A DNA stretch of 64,000 nucleotides from Alphaproteobacteria bacterium (lineage in GTDB: Bacteria; Pseudomonadota; Alphaproteobacteria; RF32; CAG-239), in contig JAZODJ010000028.1 in the NCBI GenBank assembly GCA_045597005.1, positions 12,768 to 76,767 of the forward strand, given 5' to 3'. Under the pieces are notes generated by a model. That model made no database searches, was not told the DNA's origin, and saw only the letters and a program-made list of their open reading frames with translations. Positions 10,706-20,834 of this stretch are shown here, piece after piece. Both the position numbers and the translations under genes were made by a program. The stretch's first letter is position 1. The number at the start of each line of letters is the position of its first letter.

Positions 10706-11208
10706 TCATCATCATCCAAAACATCATCTTTACTATGCAAATACTGGCTTTTTGACATGGCAACAACTAAATCATATACATGTTTTGCAGCTTGTCTGTT
10801 AGCTATTTTGTAATATGCTCGTACCAATTCAAGTGTTTCTTGCTTTAACATCGGATCAACATTAAATACTTCCATATCTTCACTCAAAGCCATCTCTGCA
10901 TCAGGATTACTAAACATTCTTGGACTTTGTTTTGCAACTGTTTTATCCATATCATCATAAAAAAACGACACAGATGTCTCTAGCACGACACTAAAATCCC
11001 ACAAACGACTGGCACTAACTCTGTTCAATCCTTTTTCATATTTTTGAATTTGCTGAAATGTAAGCCCTAATAAAGATCCTAATTTTTCTTGGCTCCACCC
11101 CAGCAAATTACGACGAAGTCTAATTCTTTTACCAACATGAATATCAACTGGATTAGGTTCCCCTAACGGAGTACGTCCTCTAGACGCCTTACAAGACATA
11201 GATTTCAT
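10702..11208 (-). CDS. XRE-family helix-turn-helix transcriptional regulator
   Basis: 168 aa; IRLRRNLLGWSQEKLGSLLGLTFQQIQKYEKGLNRVSASRL is a Cro/C1-type HTH. Confidence 0.75.
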   Translation of the reverse strand: MKSMSCKASRGRTPLGEPNPVDIHVGKRIRLRRNLLGWSQEKLGSLLGLTFQQIQKYEKGLNRVSASRLWDFSVVLETSVSFFYDDMDKTVAKQSPRMFSNPDAEMALSEDMEVFNVDPMLKQETLELVRAYYKIANRQAAKHVYDLVVAMSKSQYLHSKDDVLDDDD

Positions 11209-11315
11209 TTTTTTGTCCTTACCATAAAAGCAACTACTAAATTATATACTTTGACTACAACGGGTTATATCCATACGAAACATCAAAGATACATAAGAAT
11301 ATAGCTCCGCATTAC

Positions 11316-12827
11316 TTATGCTCTTATCTTTATAAAACCTAAAAACAATAAAATCAAACAAAAAGTTAAAATTAACACATTACCAAATCGGCTATACAAC
11401 GTATTATATACCAAACCATCGTTAAGTTTTACATCCAAGACCCCTTTATAATTAAGCTTCATCAAAGCTTTTTCTCGCCCTAAAGCATCTATCATTCCGC
11501 TAATTCCGTTATTTGCAGCTCTTATAACGGCAATACCTTCTTCAACAGCTCGCATTTTTGTCGCGACCCAGTGTTGATGAGGTCCGGCAGAATCTCCATA
11601 CCAACCATCATTAGTTAAATTTACCAAAAATTCTGGTTTATTTTTGCTATCTACTATTTCCTTAGGAAAAATAATTTCATAACAAATAACCCCACCGAGC
11701 GACGGTAAACCATCAATTTTGATAATCTTTGGACCGTTACCTTTACCGAATGTACCTATCATATTCGCAATCGGCCTTATAAAATTCGGCAAATATTTTC
11801 TAAAAGGAATATATTCGCCAAAAGGCACCAAATGAGACTTATGATAATAATCGACCACTTTTCCTTCGGGATTAAACAAAACCATCGAATTATGAGGTAA
11901 CACACCTTCTGTGGTATCTTGATATGATATCATCCCCGCAACCAAATAACTACCTTTTTTCAAAACGGGCAAAATTTGTTGCAAGTGGTAATCATCTCTA
12001 TCCAACATAAACGGAGAAGCTGTTTCCCCCCATATAATAAAAGATGGAATTACCGATGTATTAATATCGGACATCCTAACATATTCTGAAAAATTTTCCT
12101 CCATCATCATGCGATTCCATTTCAATGTCTGTGGAATACTGGGTTGTACTATTCTGACTACAACATCTGTTTCTTTGAGTTGATTTGCACCTAATCGCCA
12201 ACTTCCCCCAAAAAACAACACACAAAACAAAAACACTATTCCTGATGATATATAAATTCCGCTTTTAATATCAGTTTTTTGCAACCAAAGTCCACCAACC
12301 GTATATAACAATATTGCAAACAAAGAGAGTAGATAAGTTCCTCCGACACTGGCCCCTTGTATCAATTCATCAGAAAACGCAAATGTATATCCCAATAGAT
12401 TCCAGGGAAATCCCGTAAACAAAAAACTGCGCAACCACTCAAAAACAACAATTGCTGAGCCAAAGATTATCCATTTTTGCCATCTTTTTTGTCCCCACAT
12501 TACAAACAATGCCGGAAATGCAAAAAACAGACCGAAAAATGATCCCAAAGCAACTAAGGTAATCGGATACAACCATCCCAATTGTTTCACATCAATTAAT
12601 AAAGCATTGCCTATCCAACTAAACCCAAACGCAAAATGTGCAAAACCAAACCAATAACTTCGTACAAACAAATGTTTCACAGTAGTTGAATTCAAAAGTA
12701 TGTAAAAAAGGACAGAAAATGCAACAAAGTCCGTTACAATCCAGAACCATGGAGCAAAACCCAATACACTTATAGCTCCTAATACAAAAGCAAAAATATT
12801 GCTATATCTCAAAATCATATTTTTCAT
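11316..12827 (-). CDS. lnt: apolipoprotein N-acyltransferase
   Basis: 503 aa; N-terminal multi-TM plus C-terminal nitrilase-like domain (ICYEIIFP, NLTNDGWY). Confidence 0.9.
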   Translation of the reverse strand: MKNMILRYSNIFAFVLGAISVLGFAPWFWIVTDFVAFSVLFYILLNSTTVKHLFVRSYWFGFAHFAFGFSWIGNALLIDVKQLGWLYPITLVALGSFFGLFFAFPALFVMWGQKRWQKWIIFGSAIVVFEWLRSFLFTGFPWNLLGYTFAFSDELIQGASVGGTYLLSLFAILLYTVGGLWLQKTDIKSGIYISSGIVFLFCVLFFGGSWRLGANQLKETDVVVRIVQPSIPQTLKWNRMMMEENFSEYVRMSDINTSVIPSFIIWGETASPFMLDRDDYHLQQILPVLKKGSYLVAGMISYQDTTEGVLPHNSMVLFNPEGKVVDYYHKSHLVPFGEYIPFRKYLPNFIRPIANMIGTFGKGNGPKIIKIDGLPSLGGVICYEIIFPKEIVDSKNKPEFLVNLTNDGWYGDSAGPHQHWVATKMRAVEEGIAVIRAANNGISGMIDALGREKALMKLNYKGVLDVKLNDGLVYNTLYSRFGNVLILTFCLILLFLGFIKIRA

Positions 12828-12871
12828 TAATCTTCTGTTCTTACAGATATTTCATACTCAAAATATATCAC

Positions 12872-13420
12872 TCATTCTTCATACGGATTATCAACATTCA
12901 TTTCTTTCAATATTTTTACTTCAATATCTTCCATTTTTTTGGCATCTGTTTCATCCACATGATCATATCCGTACAAATGCAAAATACCATGAACCAACAA
13001 ATGCATAAAATGACTTTTCAACAAAATATTCTGCTCTTTTGCTTCCCTTTTCAGAGTTTCTAAAGAAACAATAATATCGCCGAGCTCAATAATTTCAGTA
13101 TGTTCTATATCATTTTCAAAACATACATCATCTATTCTGGCAAACGAAAGAACATTGGTAGGCGTATCCTTTCCGCGAAATTCGCAGTTAAGTTGTCTGA
13201 CCTCTTCATCATTACTTAATGCCAAATTCACCGAAACACTCCGTCCGCCCCAACCACCAAAGGTCAAACCATTGGCAATCAAATACGAAACTGTTGTTTT
13301 AAAAATATCTTCAGACAATTCCTCAACATCTGAAATATAATCATTCCACTTTTCATCATTAACAATGACGTTCAGCTGATTTTTATTCATCACCATACTC
13401 TTTTTTACTTTTTTCTTCAT
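12872..13420 (-). CDS. ybeY: rRNA maturation RNase YbeY
   Basis: HLLVHGILHLYGYDH zinc motif; true start may be an internal Met (13396 or 13390) just after the phoH stop. Confidence 0.9.
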   Translation of the reverse strand: MKKKVKKSMVMNKNQLNVIVNDEKWNDYISDVEELSEDIFKTTVSYLIANGLTFGGWGGRSVSVNLALSNDEEVRQLNCEFRGKDTPTNVLSFARIDDVCFENDIEHTEIIELGDIIVSLETLKREAKEQNILLKSHFMHLLVHGILHLYGYDHVDETDAKKMEDIEVKILKEMNVDNPYEE

Positions 13421-14348
13421 ATGCTTTGACTATTTTAGCCACTAACCCGTGACGAACAACATCTGCTGCTGAAAATCTCACAGATCCTATATTTGAAGTA
13501 CCTTTCAAAACTTCCAAAGCATCTCTCAATCCCGAAACCACACCTCTTGGTAAATCAACTTGGCTCAAATCTCCATTAACCACCATACGAGAATTCTCAC
13601 CAAGACGCGTCAAAAACATCTTCATTTGCATTGGTGTCGTATTTTGTGCTTCATCTAAAATAATGAAAGCATTAGACAACGTACGTCCGCGCATAAAAGC
13701 TAACGGAGCAATTTCAATCTCTCCCAAAGCTATTTTTTTATCCACCTGTTCTGCCGGCAACATTTCATACAATGCATCATACAACGGACGCAGATAAGGA
13801 TCAACCTTATCCTTCAAATCTCCCGGTAAAAATCCTAAGTTTTCACCGGCTTCAACAGCAGGACGCGATAATATAATCTTATCTATTGCACCTTCCAACA
13901 TCATCGAAACAGCCAATGCCACAGCCAAATATGTCTTACCTGTTCCGGCAGGGCCTAAACCAAAAACCAACTCATTTTGCATCATCGTTTGTATATATTC
14001 TGCCTGAGTTGCAGAGCGCGGATAAATATGACGCTTTTTAGTTTTCAAAACAATATTGCTCAAATCCTGTGCTGTTTGACTGTCTACATTATCTCCACTC
14101 AATCTGACTGCAGCTTTAACTTCTTGCTCGCCAATTTCAATCCCTCGACTGACTTTATTGTATAAAACATCAACAGCAGTCTTAGCTTGCTCAATTGCTT
14201 TTTTCTCACCTTTAATTGTGATATTATTACCAAACGACACAATCTCAACACCCAATATTTTTTCCAACAGTCTAAGATTAGCATCTTGCGCACCAACCAT
14301 TTGCTGAATCAAAGTGTTATTGAATAATTCAAATGAAATTTCAGCCAT
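13383..14348 (-). CDS. phoH: PhoH-family ATPase
   Basis: 321 aa; GPAGTGKTYLAVA Walker A, IILDEAQN Walker B. Confidence 0.9.
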   Translation of the reverse strand: MAEISFELFNNTLIQQMVGAQDANLRLLEKILGVEIVSFGNNITIKGEKKAIEQAKTAVDVLYNKVSRGIEIGEQEVKAAVRLSGDNVDSQTAQDLSNIVLKTKKRHIYPRSATQAEYIQTMMQNELVFGLGPAGTGKTYLAVALAVSMMLEGAIDKIILSRPAVEAGENLGFLPGDLKDKVDPYLRPLYDALYEMLPAEQVDKKIALGEIEIAPLAFMRGRTLSNAFIILDEAQNTTPMQMKMFLTRLGENSRMVVNGDLSQVDLPRGVVSGLRDALEVLKGTSNIGSVRFSAADVVRHGLVAKIVKAYEEKSKKEYGDE

Positions 14349-14351
14349 TTT

Positions 14352-15686
14352 CTACCCTTTCACAATTTTTCCCGACAACGAATTCATAGTTGCGGACTCT
14401 ACCTTAACATTAACAATTTTATTTAATAAATCTTTATCCGCTTCTGCATGTAAATTTTGCATATATGGTGTCCGTCCTACAAGTTGACCAGAGTGTCTTC
14501 CCTTACTTTCAAACAGTACTGGAATAATATTACCGACCATTTCTTTATTAAACTTTAATTGATAATCAAATAATTTTTCCTGTAAAACAGATAATCTTTC
14601 TTTTTTTACCTTTTCCTCTATTTGATTAGGCATCAATGCGGCTGGTGTACCGGGCCTACGCGAATATTTAAAAGAAAAAGCCTGAATAAATTTAACTTGA
14701 TCCACAACATCCATTGTTGCCTGAAAATCCGCATCCGTTTCTCCCGGAAACCCCACAATAAAATCCGAAGAAAAACCCAATTTAGGATTTGCCGCTCGTA
14801 ACTTAGCAATAATATCCAAATATTGCTGAGAATTATGTCTCCTATTCATTGCTCGCAAGATATTATCTGATCCTGATTGTATAGGAAGATGCAAATAAGG
14901 CATTAACTTTTCAATATTTTTATGACAATCTATCAACTCATCATTAACATCTGCCGGATAAGACGTAGTATAACGGATTCTTTTTAATCCGTCCAATTCA
15001 TTTAATCTGTTCAATAAATATGCTAGATTTCGCTCTTTTCCGTTTTTATCTTCACCATGATATGAATTAACATTTTGTCCGAGCAAATTAATTTCCAATG
15101 TCCCTTCATCAACCAATTTTTTCGCTTCAGCAACTACTTCTTCTACCGGACGAGATGTCTCAATTCCCCTTGTATATGGAACGACACAATATGTGCAAAA
15201 ATTATTACACCCTTCTTGGATAGCTAGATATGAACAACCACCTTCGCTTTTGTTTTCCGGCAAAAAATCAAACTTCGATTCTACCGGAAACTCAGTATCA
15301 ATAAATACCTCACCTCTCGTTAGTTCAACCTTTGCTAACACCTCCGGCAACCGATGATACGTTAACGGCCCCAAAGCAAAATCTACATAATCAGCTCTCT
15401 TATGAATTTGCTCATCCTCTGCCTGAACGACACACCCCAAAATTCCTATTACAGTATCTTTACCTTCTTCTGCTCGTTCTTGCTTTATAAGGTTAATGCG
15501 CCCCAAATCTGAAAATAACTTTTCGGTGGCTTTTTCCCTAATATGGCATGTATTAAAAATAACCAAATCCGCCTGCCTTATTGACGTCGCAGGGATCATT
15601 CCCAAATTTTCCAAAATAGTAGCCACTCTATGAGAATCATAAACATTCATCTGGCAACCAAAAGTCTTAATATAATATTTTTTCAT
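14352..15686 (-). CDS. miaB: tRNA-2-methylthio-N6-dimethylallyladenosine synthase
   Basis: Start at MKKYYIKTFGCQMN (ATG 15686); radical-SAM CNNFCTYC; TRAM C-terminus; the longer ORF to 15758 is probably an artefactual extension. Confidence 0.9.
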   Translation of the reverse strand: MKKYYIKTFGCQMNVYDSHRVATILENLGMIPATSIRQADLVIFNTCHIREKATEKLFSDLGRINLIKQERAEEGKDTVIGILGCVVQAEDEQIHKRADYVDFALGPLTYHRLPEVLAKVELTRGEVFIDTEFPVESKFDFLPENKSEGGCSYLAIQEGCNNFCTYCVVPYTRGIETSRPVEEVVAEAKKLVDEGTLEINLLGQNVNSYHGEDKNGKERNLAYLLNRLNELDGLKRIRYTTSYPADVNDELIDCHKNIEKLMPYLHLPIQSGSDNILRAMNRRHNSQQYLDIIAKLRAANPKLGFSSDFIVGFPGETDADFQATMDVVDQVKFIQAFSFKYSRRPGTPAALMPNQIEEKVKKERLSVLQEKLFDYQLKFNKEMVGNIIPVLFESKGRHSGQLVGRTPYMQNLHAEADKDLLNKIVNVKVESATMNSLSGKIVKG

Positions 15687-15841
15687 TCTTATACTTATCT
15701 TTCTAACCAATAATCCGCTATTATTAATAAGTTTAGACGATTTTTTTGTTTTTTTCAAGTTGCTTGTCCGTTTTTAATTGAAAAGTTAACATATTTTTGC
15801 TATTGTTTAATAAAATATGACAAACTAACTGGGAGGAATTA

Positions 15842-16288
15842 ATGTCTAGCTTTAATATGGAGAATCAAATGAGTTACGTATCCGATATGACAGAAGAAGA
15901 AAAAATCATTTTCTTAAAAGTATTGGTTGCAATGTCTTGCTCTGACAACAACTTTGATGATGAAGAAAAAGCTTTTATTCAAGATATCGCTTTAGTCTTT
16001 GGTATAAAAAAGGACAAAATAAATGATATTTTTGCTCCAATTACTGATGAAGAGTTAATCAAAAATGTTTCAAAAATAAAAAATCGCCAAATAGCTCTCA
16101 ATCTCATCAAAGAAGCCTGTTTGTTGGCTAACTCTGATGGCGACTTATCCGATCATGAGATTATTCTCATAGGAAAGATAGGACAAGCCATGGGGATTGA
16201 ACTTGAAAAAATAGAACAAATAAGCCAATGGGTTATAGACCGCATTGTTTGGCTTGAGCAAGGCAAAATAATTTTTGAACAAGTTTAA
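15842..16288 (+). CDS. TerB-like (tellurite-resistance TerB / DjlA N-domain-like) protein
   Basis: 148 aa, two helical repeats with SDNNFDDEEKAFI and SDGDLSDHEIILI; assignment from pattern only. Confidence 0.5.
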   Translation: MSSFNMENQMSYVSDMTEEEKIIFLKVLVAMSCSDNNFDDEEKAFIQDIALVFGIKKDKINDIFAPITDEELIKNVSKIKNRQIALNLIKEACLLANSDGDLSDHEIILIGKIGQAMGIELEKIEQISQWVIDRIVWLEQGKIIFEQV

Positions 16289-16312
16289 TTTCCCTATCAA
16301 GGAGAAATCCCA

Positions 16313-17470
16313 ATGGAAAGAATGATTGTAAACCTCAAAGACGTAGATATAACAAAAAACAATAATAGTTTTGCTCAGTATCTTGATTATAAAGAGCAAT
16401 TCAATTTTGAAACGGAAAATCGTCCTTTTATAAGTACATACCTACCTCCTGAAGCTAAAAATGAACATCGTGCATTAATGAGTACGACATCTCAAATTCC
16501 ACCTCACAAACTACGCGAAAAAGCTGATACACTGATAAAAGCACAAGGTATAGATGACAAATACGGAGATTTATTAGATCACTTAATATCCAAAAGTAAC
16601 GGAAATTATTCTCATTTTAAGTCTCTATGGTCTCCTATCATATGGCAAGCCAACGAAACTAACAGCAAACAACAAATAAAAATTGGTGACAAAGTTGTTG
16701 ACATTTTTAACCTCGACTACGCAATCGCCGAATCATTACAACATTTGTATTCATCAGAAGAACCTGAAGCTGAATATTATGATTGGATTCAACGTCAACA
16801 AAAAATAGAAATGGACATTAACACCAACGGAACAACAGAAGATGAGATTGTTGCCCGCAACAGCTTCATATCTTTTTTGGATGATCGTGAAACGGAAATT
16901 AAACGTATAACATATTTATATGCTGGAGCTGCATTTAATCCGAACTGTCGTATGCAAAATTCTGCCCAAGAAAAAATTAAATTTCTCACATTTAAGCTGA
17001 GTGAGTTAAGGCGCTTACGTGAAAAAACCGCAAACACAAAATCCTATGCTGATGAAAAAGAATATTTCGAACTGGAAGAACGTCGACGTCAGCGTGAAGC
17101 GATTGCTGCAACTGCAGGATTAACAACTATGGCTATCATTGACGAGCAATATTCTATGGGTAGCAAACGTCTGTCATCACAACACAACATCAATGAGCTT
17201 GAACAAGGCATCGGAGCTAATTTTGTTAGCTTACGTCCGGAAACACAAACTGTAGAACAGGCAAAAGATAAAATACGTTCAGCTTTAGAACATCGCGAAC
17301 AATTACGTAAAATGTTTACTGCGATGCGAAACGGAATGTCAAAAGAAGAATGGATGCGAACTCAACATGACACACCTTCCGTCGGTAGCAAAATCAATAC
17401 TGATGTTCAAAATATCCGAGGTTGGCAAATCAGTCGTTTCCATGAAATAAGTCACGAAACATCTGCCTAA
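16313..17470 (+). CDS. hypothetical protein
   Basis: 385-aa ORF, AGGAG 8 nt upstream of the ATG; no signal peptide, charged/coiled regions, no family recognised. Confidence 0.5.
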   Translation: MERMIVNLKDVDITKNNNSFAQYLDYKEQFNFETENRPFISTYLPPEAKNEHRALMSTTSQIPPHKLREKADTLIKAQGIDDKYGDLLDHLISKSNGNYSHFKSLWSPIIWQANETNSKQQIKIGDKVVDIFNLDYAIAESLQHLYSSEEPEAEYYDWIQRQQKIEMDINTNGTTEDEIVARNSFISFLDDRETEIKRITYLYAGAAFNPNCRMQNSAQEKIKFLTFKLSELRRLREKTANTKSYADEKEYFELEERRRQREAIAATAGLTTMAIIDEQYSMGSKRLSSQHNINELEQGIGANFVSLRPETQTVEQAKDKIRSALEHREQLRKMFTAMRNGMSKEEWMRTQHDTPSVGSKINTDVQNIRGWQISRFHEISHETSA

Positions 17471-17559
17471 AAATTTGTTTATAATTGACATCTTGCAAAA
17501 CTTGCGTTATGGACTAATTCAGATGATTATTTATTCTTAAACTGTTAAGGAGATATTAT

Positions 17560-17862
17560 ATGGTTATTTTTGATCCCTTTTTAGAAATTTTAGGGTTTAT
17601 CGTAGACATATACTTTAAAATTGTTGTTGTTCAGGTTGTTTTATACTGGTTAATCCACTTCAAAGTATTGGAACCATCAAACAAATACGCTCAAAAAACT
17701 GTTGAAATTTTAGATAAGGCAACAACTCCTGTCTATGAAAAAATCAAATCCAAAATTCCGACTGTTTTTTCCGGAATTGATTTTTCTCCATTTATACTAT
17801 TGCTCGTCTTGTATTTTATAAGCCGCTTAATTGCCAGCTTTCGTATTTTGATTGTAGGTTAA
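17560..17862 (+). CDS. YggT family membrane protein
   Basis: 100 aa, two TM segments; followed by a DUF167 gene as in yggT-yggU pairs. Confidence 0.7.
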   Translation: MVIFDPFLEILGFIVDIYFKIVVVQVVLYWLIHFKVLEPSNKYAQKTVEILDKATTPVYEKIKSKIPTVFSGIDFSPFILLLVLYFISRLIASFRILIVG

Positions 17863-17863
17863 A

Positions 17864-18175
17864 TTGTTTTATGAAGATACAAAACAAGGTATTATTATAA
17901 GAGTTAGGCTCACGCCTAACTCTTCTTGTTGTAAAGTAACAGGACTATTTCAAACTCCGGATGGAACAACTTTTCTTAAAGTTAATATTATAAGCGTTCC
18001 TGAAAAAGGTAAAGCCAATAAAGAACTGATATCATGGATTTCAAAACAACTAAAAATTGCTAAATCCGATCTATCAATCATTAGTGGAGAACTTGACAGA
18101 TACAAAAAAATACTTATAACTGCTGATAAAGAAAGTGTTTTACCCCAAATTATATCATGGATTGCAAAGGAATAA
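17864..18175 (+). CDS. DUF167 (YggU) family protein
   Basis: 103 aa, TTG start; IIIRVRLTPNSS ... PEKGKANKELI typical of DUF167. Confidence 0.7.
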   Translation: MFYEDTKQGIIIRVRLTPNSSCCKVTGLFQTPDGTTFLKVNIISVPEKGKANKELISWISKQLKIAKSDLSIISGELDRYKKILITADKESVLPQIISWIAKE

Positions 18176-18180
18176 AGACA

Positions 18181-19074
18181 ATGAGCGCTCAAATAATTAA
18201 CGGAAAAGATGCTGCTGCAATTATTCGTGCAGATCTAAAAAATAAAATATCTTCAAATAACTACAACGAAACTCCATGTTTAGCTGTAATTTTGGTCGGA
18301 GACAACGATGCCAGCAAAATATATGTCCGCAACAAACAAAAAGCTGCTGAAGAAGTCGGTATCAAATGCAATATCATAGAACTATCCCCATCAATTGGAG
18401 AAAACGCATTAACAGAAATCATTAATGAGCTTAATAATGATAATCATACACATGGTATAATTGTTCAATTACCTCTTCCTGACCATTTAAATCAACTTAA
18501 AATTCTCTCTTTAATAAACCCTGCAAAAGACGTTGACGGTTTCACTCCTTTCAATAACGGATTATTAGCATATAACAGCCCTGAAACCTTAATCTCTGCC
18601 ACACCCAAAGGTATCCTCAACCTTCTAAAATCAACAAACATAGACCTTTCAGGCAAACATGCCGTTATAATCGGACGCTCAAATATTGTTGGAAAACCGC
18701 TCTCAATGTTGTTGCTTAACAATGACTGTACAGTAAGTGTAACCCATTCCAAAACTCAGAATATTGAATCTATAGTCAAAATGGCCGATATTGTCATAAC
18801 CGCATGTGGACAAGCCAAAATGGTCAAATCTTCTTGGATAAAAAAAGGTGCTATTGTTATAGATGTTGGAATTAATCGCCAAGACGGTAAACTTTGTGGA
18901 GATGTTGATTTTGATGATGTAAAAGACAATGCATCCTTTATCACTCCGGTTCCCGGTGGTGTTGGACCAATGACTGTTGCGATGTTATTAGCTAACACCT
19001 ACGAAGCTTTTTGCAAACAACTTCAAAATTGTGATTCTTGTAAATGCAATAAAAACAACTGTCACTGCCACTAA
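18181..19074 (+). CDS. folD: bifunctional methylenetetrahydrofolate dehydrogenase/cyclohydrolase, with Cys/His-rich C-terminal tail
   Basis: MSAQIINGK start (ATG 18181); VGDNDASKIYVRNK, GIIVQLPLP, PVPGGVGPMT; extra tail QNCDSCKCNKNNCHCH. Confidence 0.9.
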   Translation: MSAQIINGKDAAAIIRADLKNKISSNNYNETPCLAVILVGDNDASKIYVRNKQKAAEEVGIKCNIIELSPSIGENALTEIINELNNDNHTHGIIVQLPLPDHLNQLKILSLINPAKDVDGFTPFNNGLLAYNSPETLISATPKGILNLLKSTNIDLSGKHAVIIGRSNIVGKPLSMLLLNNDCTVSVTHSKTQNIESIVKMADIVITACGQAKMVKSSWIKKGAIVIDVGINRQDGKLCGDVDFDDVKDNASFITPVPGGVGPMTVAMLLANTYEAFCKQLQNCDSCKCNKNNCHCH

Positions 19075-19132
19075 AATTTTTTTAATTGATACCTATTTAA
19101 ACTCCTGAAACAAACTTTTAGGAGTTTTTAGC

Positions 19133-19498
19133 ATGACAAACAAAGTTATTTTCATCTTAGACAATGATAAAATTTTTTTAGAACTTTACACCAAATTACT
19201 CCAAAGCAAAGGATGGCAGGTATTTGCAACAGACAATTTATTTTTACTTGTAAAATATGCCCAAACAGCCACTCCTGACTGGATTTTCATTGATGAAAGT
19301 TTTGCCTGTAAACACGAAAAAGAAATCGTAAATATAATCAATAAAGGCATTCCTTTTAAACAACCTAATTATGCATTTATGAGTGCGTATGGTTCTCATA
19401 AAAATCTGCCTAACCTAAATAACATCGAAACAATTTATAAACCTCGAATCCTCGAAAAAATAATGCAAATAACAGAAAACTGTTGCAATCCGCACTAA
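19133..19498 (+). CDS. stand-alone CheY-like receiver domain protein
   Basis: 121 aa; ILDND, IFIDES (putative phospho-Asp), MSAYG, YKP positions fit a receiver fold. Confidence 0.6.
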   Translation: MTNKVIFILDNDKIFLELYTKLLQSKGWQVFATDNLFLLVKYAQTATPDWIFIDESFACKHEKEIVNIINKGIPFKQPNYAFMSAYGSHKNLPNLNNIETIYKPRILEKIMQITENCCNPH

Positions 19499-19546
19499 AT
19501 TGTTTAGTATCTCCCTTCATACAAAGCTCTAAAACAGGAGATACCA

Positions 19547-20146
19547 ATGATTACATGGTTTAACAGATTAGTTCAAAAAACTTACGATATTATGCTTGAT
19601 CTGTCTGCCAAACCTAATGCTTTATTGTTTCTCTGCATTGTCTCTTTTGCAGAAAGCTCTTTTTTTCCGATTCCTCCGGATGTAATGCTGATTCCTATGG
19701 TATTAGCAACCCCTAACAAAGCTTGGCGCATTGCATGGTTCGCAACATTATCAAGCGTTCTCGGTGGATATTTCGGATATGGAATAGGCATCTTTGCATT
19801 TGACTTAATTGCCAAACCGATACTTGAATTTTATAATGCCATGAACCAATTCAACGAATTCGAAAACTACTATCACCAATACGGCGCTTGGATTGTTTTT
19901 GGCGCAGGAATAACACCTTTCCCATACAAAATAATAACTATTGCCAGCGGTGTTGTCCACCTTGACTTGATAGTATTTACTATTGCCAGCATTCTAGCTC
20001 GAGGAATGCGCTTTTTTCTTGTTGCGTGGCTTTTAAAAAAATATGGCGCTCCGATGAAAATTTTTATAGAAAAACATTTAGGAATTTTATCAATTTTGTT
20101 TCTAGTTTTATTGATTGGCGGATTCGCTCTAATAAAATATTTATAA
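19547..20146 (+). CDS. DedA/YqaA family membrane protein
   Basis: 199 aa; ESSFFPIPPDV motif, 4-5 TM segments. Confidence 0.8.
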   Translation: MITWFNRLVQKTYDIMLDLSAKPNALLFLCIVSFAESSFFPIPPDVMLIPMVLATPNKAWRIAWFATLSSVLGGYFGYGIGIFAFDLIAKPILEFYNAMNQFNEFENYYHQYGAWIVFGAGITPFPYKIITIASGVVHLDLIVFTIASILARGMRFFLVAWLLKKYGAPMKIFIEKHLGILSILFLVLLIGGFALIKYL

Positions 20147-20247
20147 AAATAATTTTTTCTGATATTTTTCTAATAATATTAAAAAAAACTCTGGATTTTT
20201 ATTTTTTTTATGATATACAGAAAACATATTAGATGTGATTTGAATAA

Positions 20248-20276
20248 AGTGGAGCCGAAAGCTCCGCTTTTTGTTT
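20248..20276 (+). terminator. intrinsic terminator / possible rimP-nusA leader attenuator
   Basis: Stem AGTGGAGC/GCTCCGCT (20248..20255 / 20061-style pairing 20261..20268), loop CGAAA, then TTTTTGTTT; ends 15 nt before the rimP ATG. Confidence 0.6.
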
Positions 20277-20290
20277 AGGAGATAACAGCC

Positions 20291-20788
20291 ATGCAAAAAA
20301 GACATCCTATACATGATTTGGTTGCACCGACAATTGAAAATATGGGATTTGAAGTTGTAAGAATCATGATGACAGGAGTACAAAAACCGACTCTTCAAAT
20401 AATGATTGAACGTCAAGACCGTAAAAACTTGGTTGTTGATGATTGTGCTGCTGTAAGCCGAGCTATTTCAGAAATACTTGACGAAAAAGATCCCATAGAG
20501 AGTGAATATTCTCTGGAAGTAAGCTCTCCGGGGATAGACAGACCGCTAACTACTCCGGAACATTTCACTCGTTTTGTCGGTTATGAAGCAAAAATAGAAA
20601 CCGATGTTTCTGTTGATGGGCGCAAACGATTCAAAGGCAAAATCATTGCCATCGACGCCAATAACATCATATCAATAGAGATGGACGATAAAGAATATAA
20701 AGTTCCTTTTGATGCTGTTTCAAAAGCAAAACTTGTCTTAACCGACGAACTTTGGAATGAATATGTCCAAACCTGTGAAGAAGAATAA
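20291..20788 (+). CDS. rimP: ribosome maturation factor RimP
   Basis: 165 aa; LEVSSPGIDRPL motif; precedes nusA. Confidence 0.9.
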   Translation: MQKRHPIHDLVAPTIENMGFEVVRIMMTGVQKPTLQIMIERQDRKNLVVDDCAAVSRAISEILDEKDPIESEYSLEVSSPGIDRPLTTPEHFTRFVGYEAKIETDVSVDGRKRFKGKIIAIDANNIISIEMDDKEYKVPFDAVSKAKLVLTDELWNEYVQTCEEE

Positions 20789-20834
20789 CAATAATAATTT
20801 TTTACATTAACATGATTTAAATTTAGAGGAAAAA

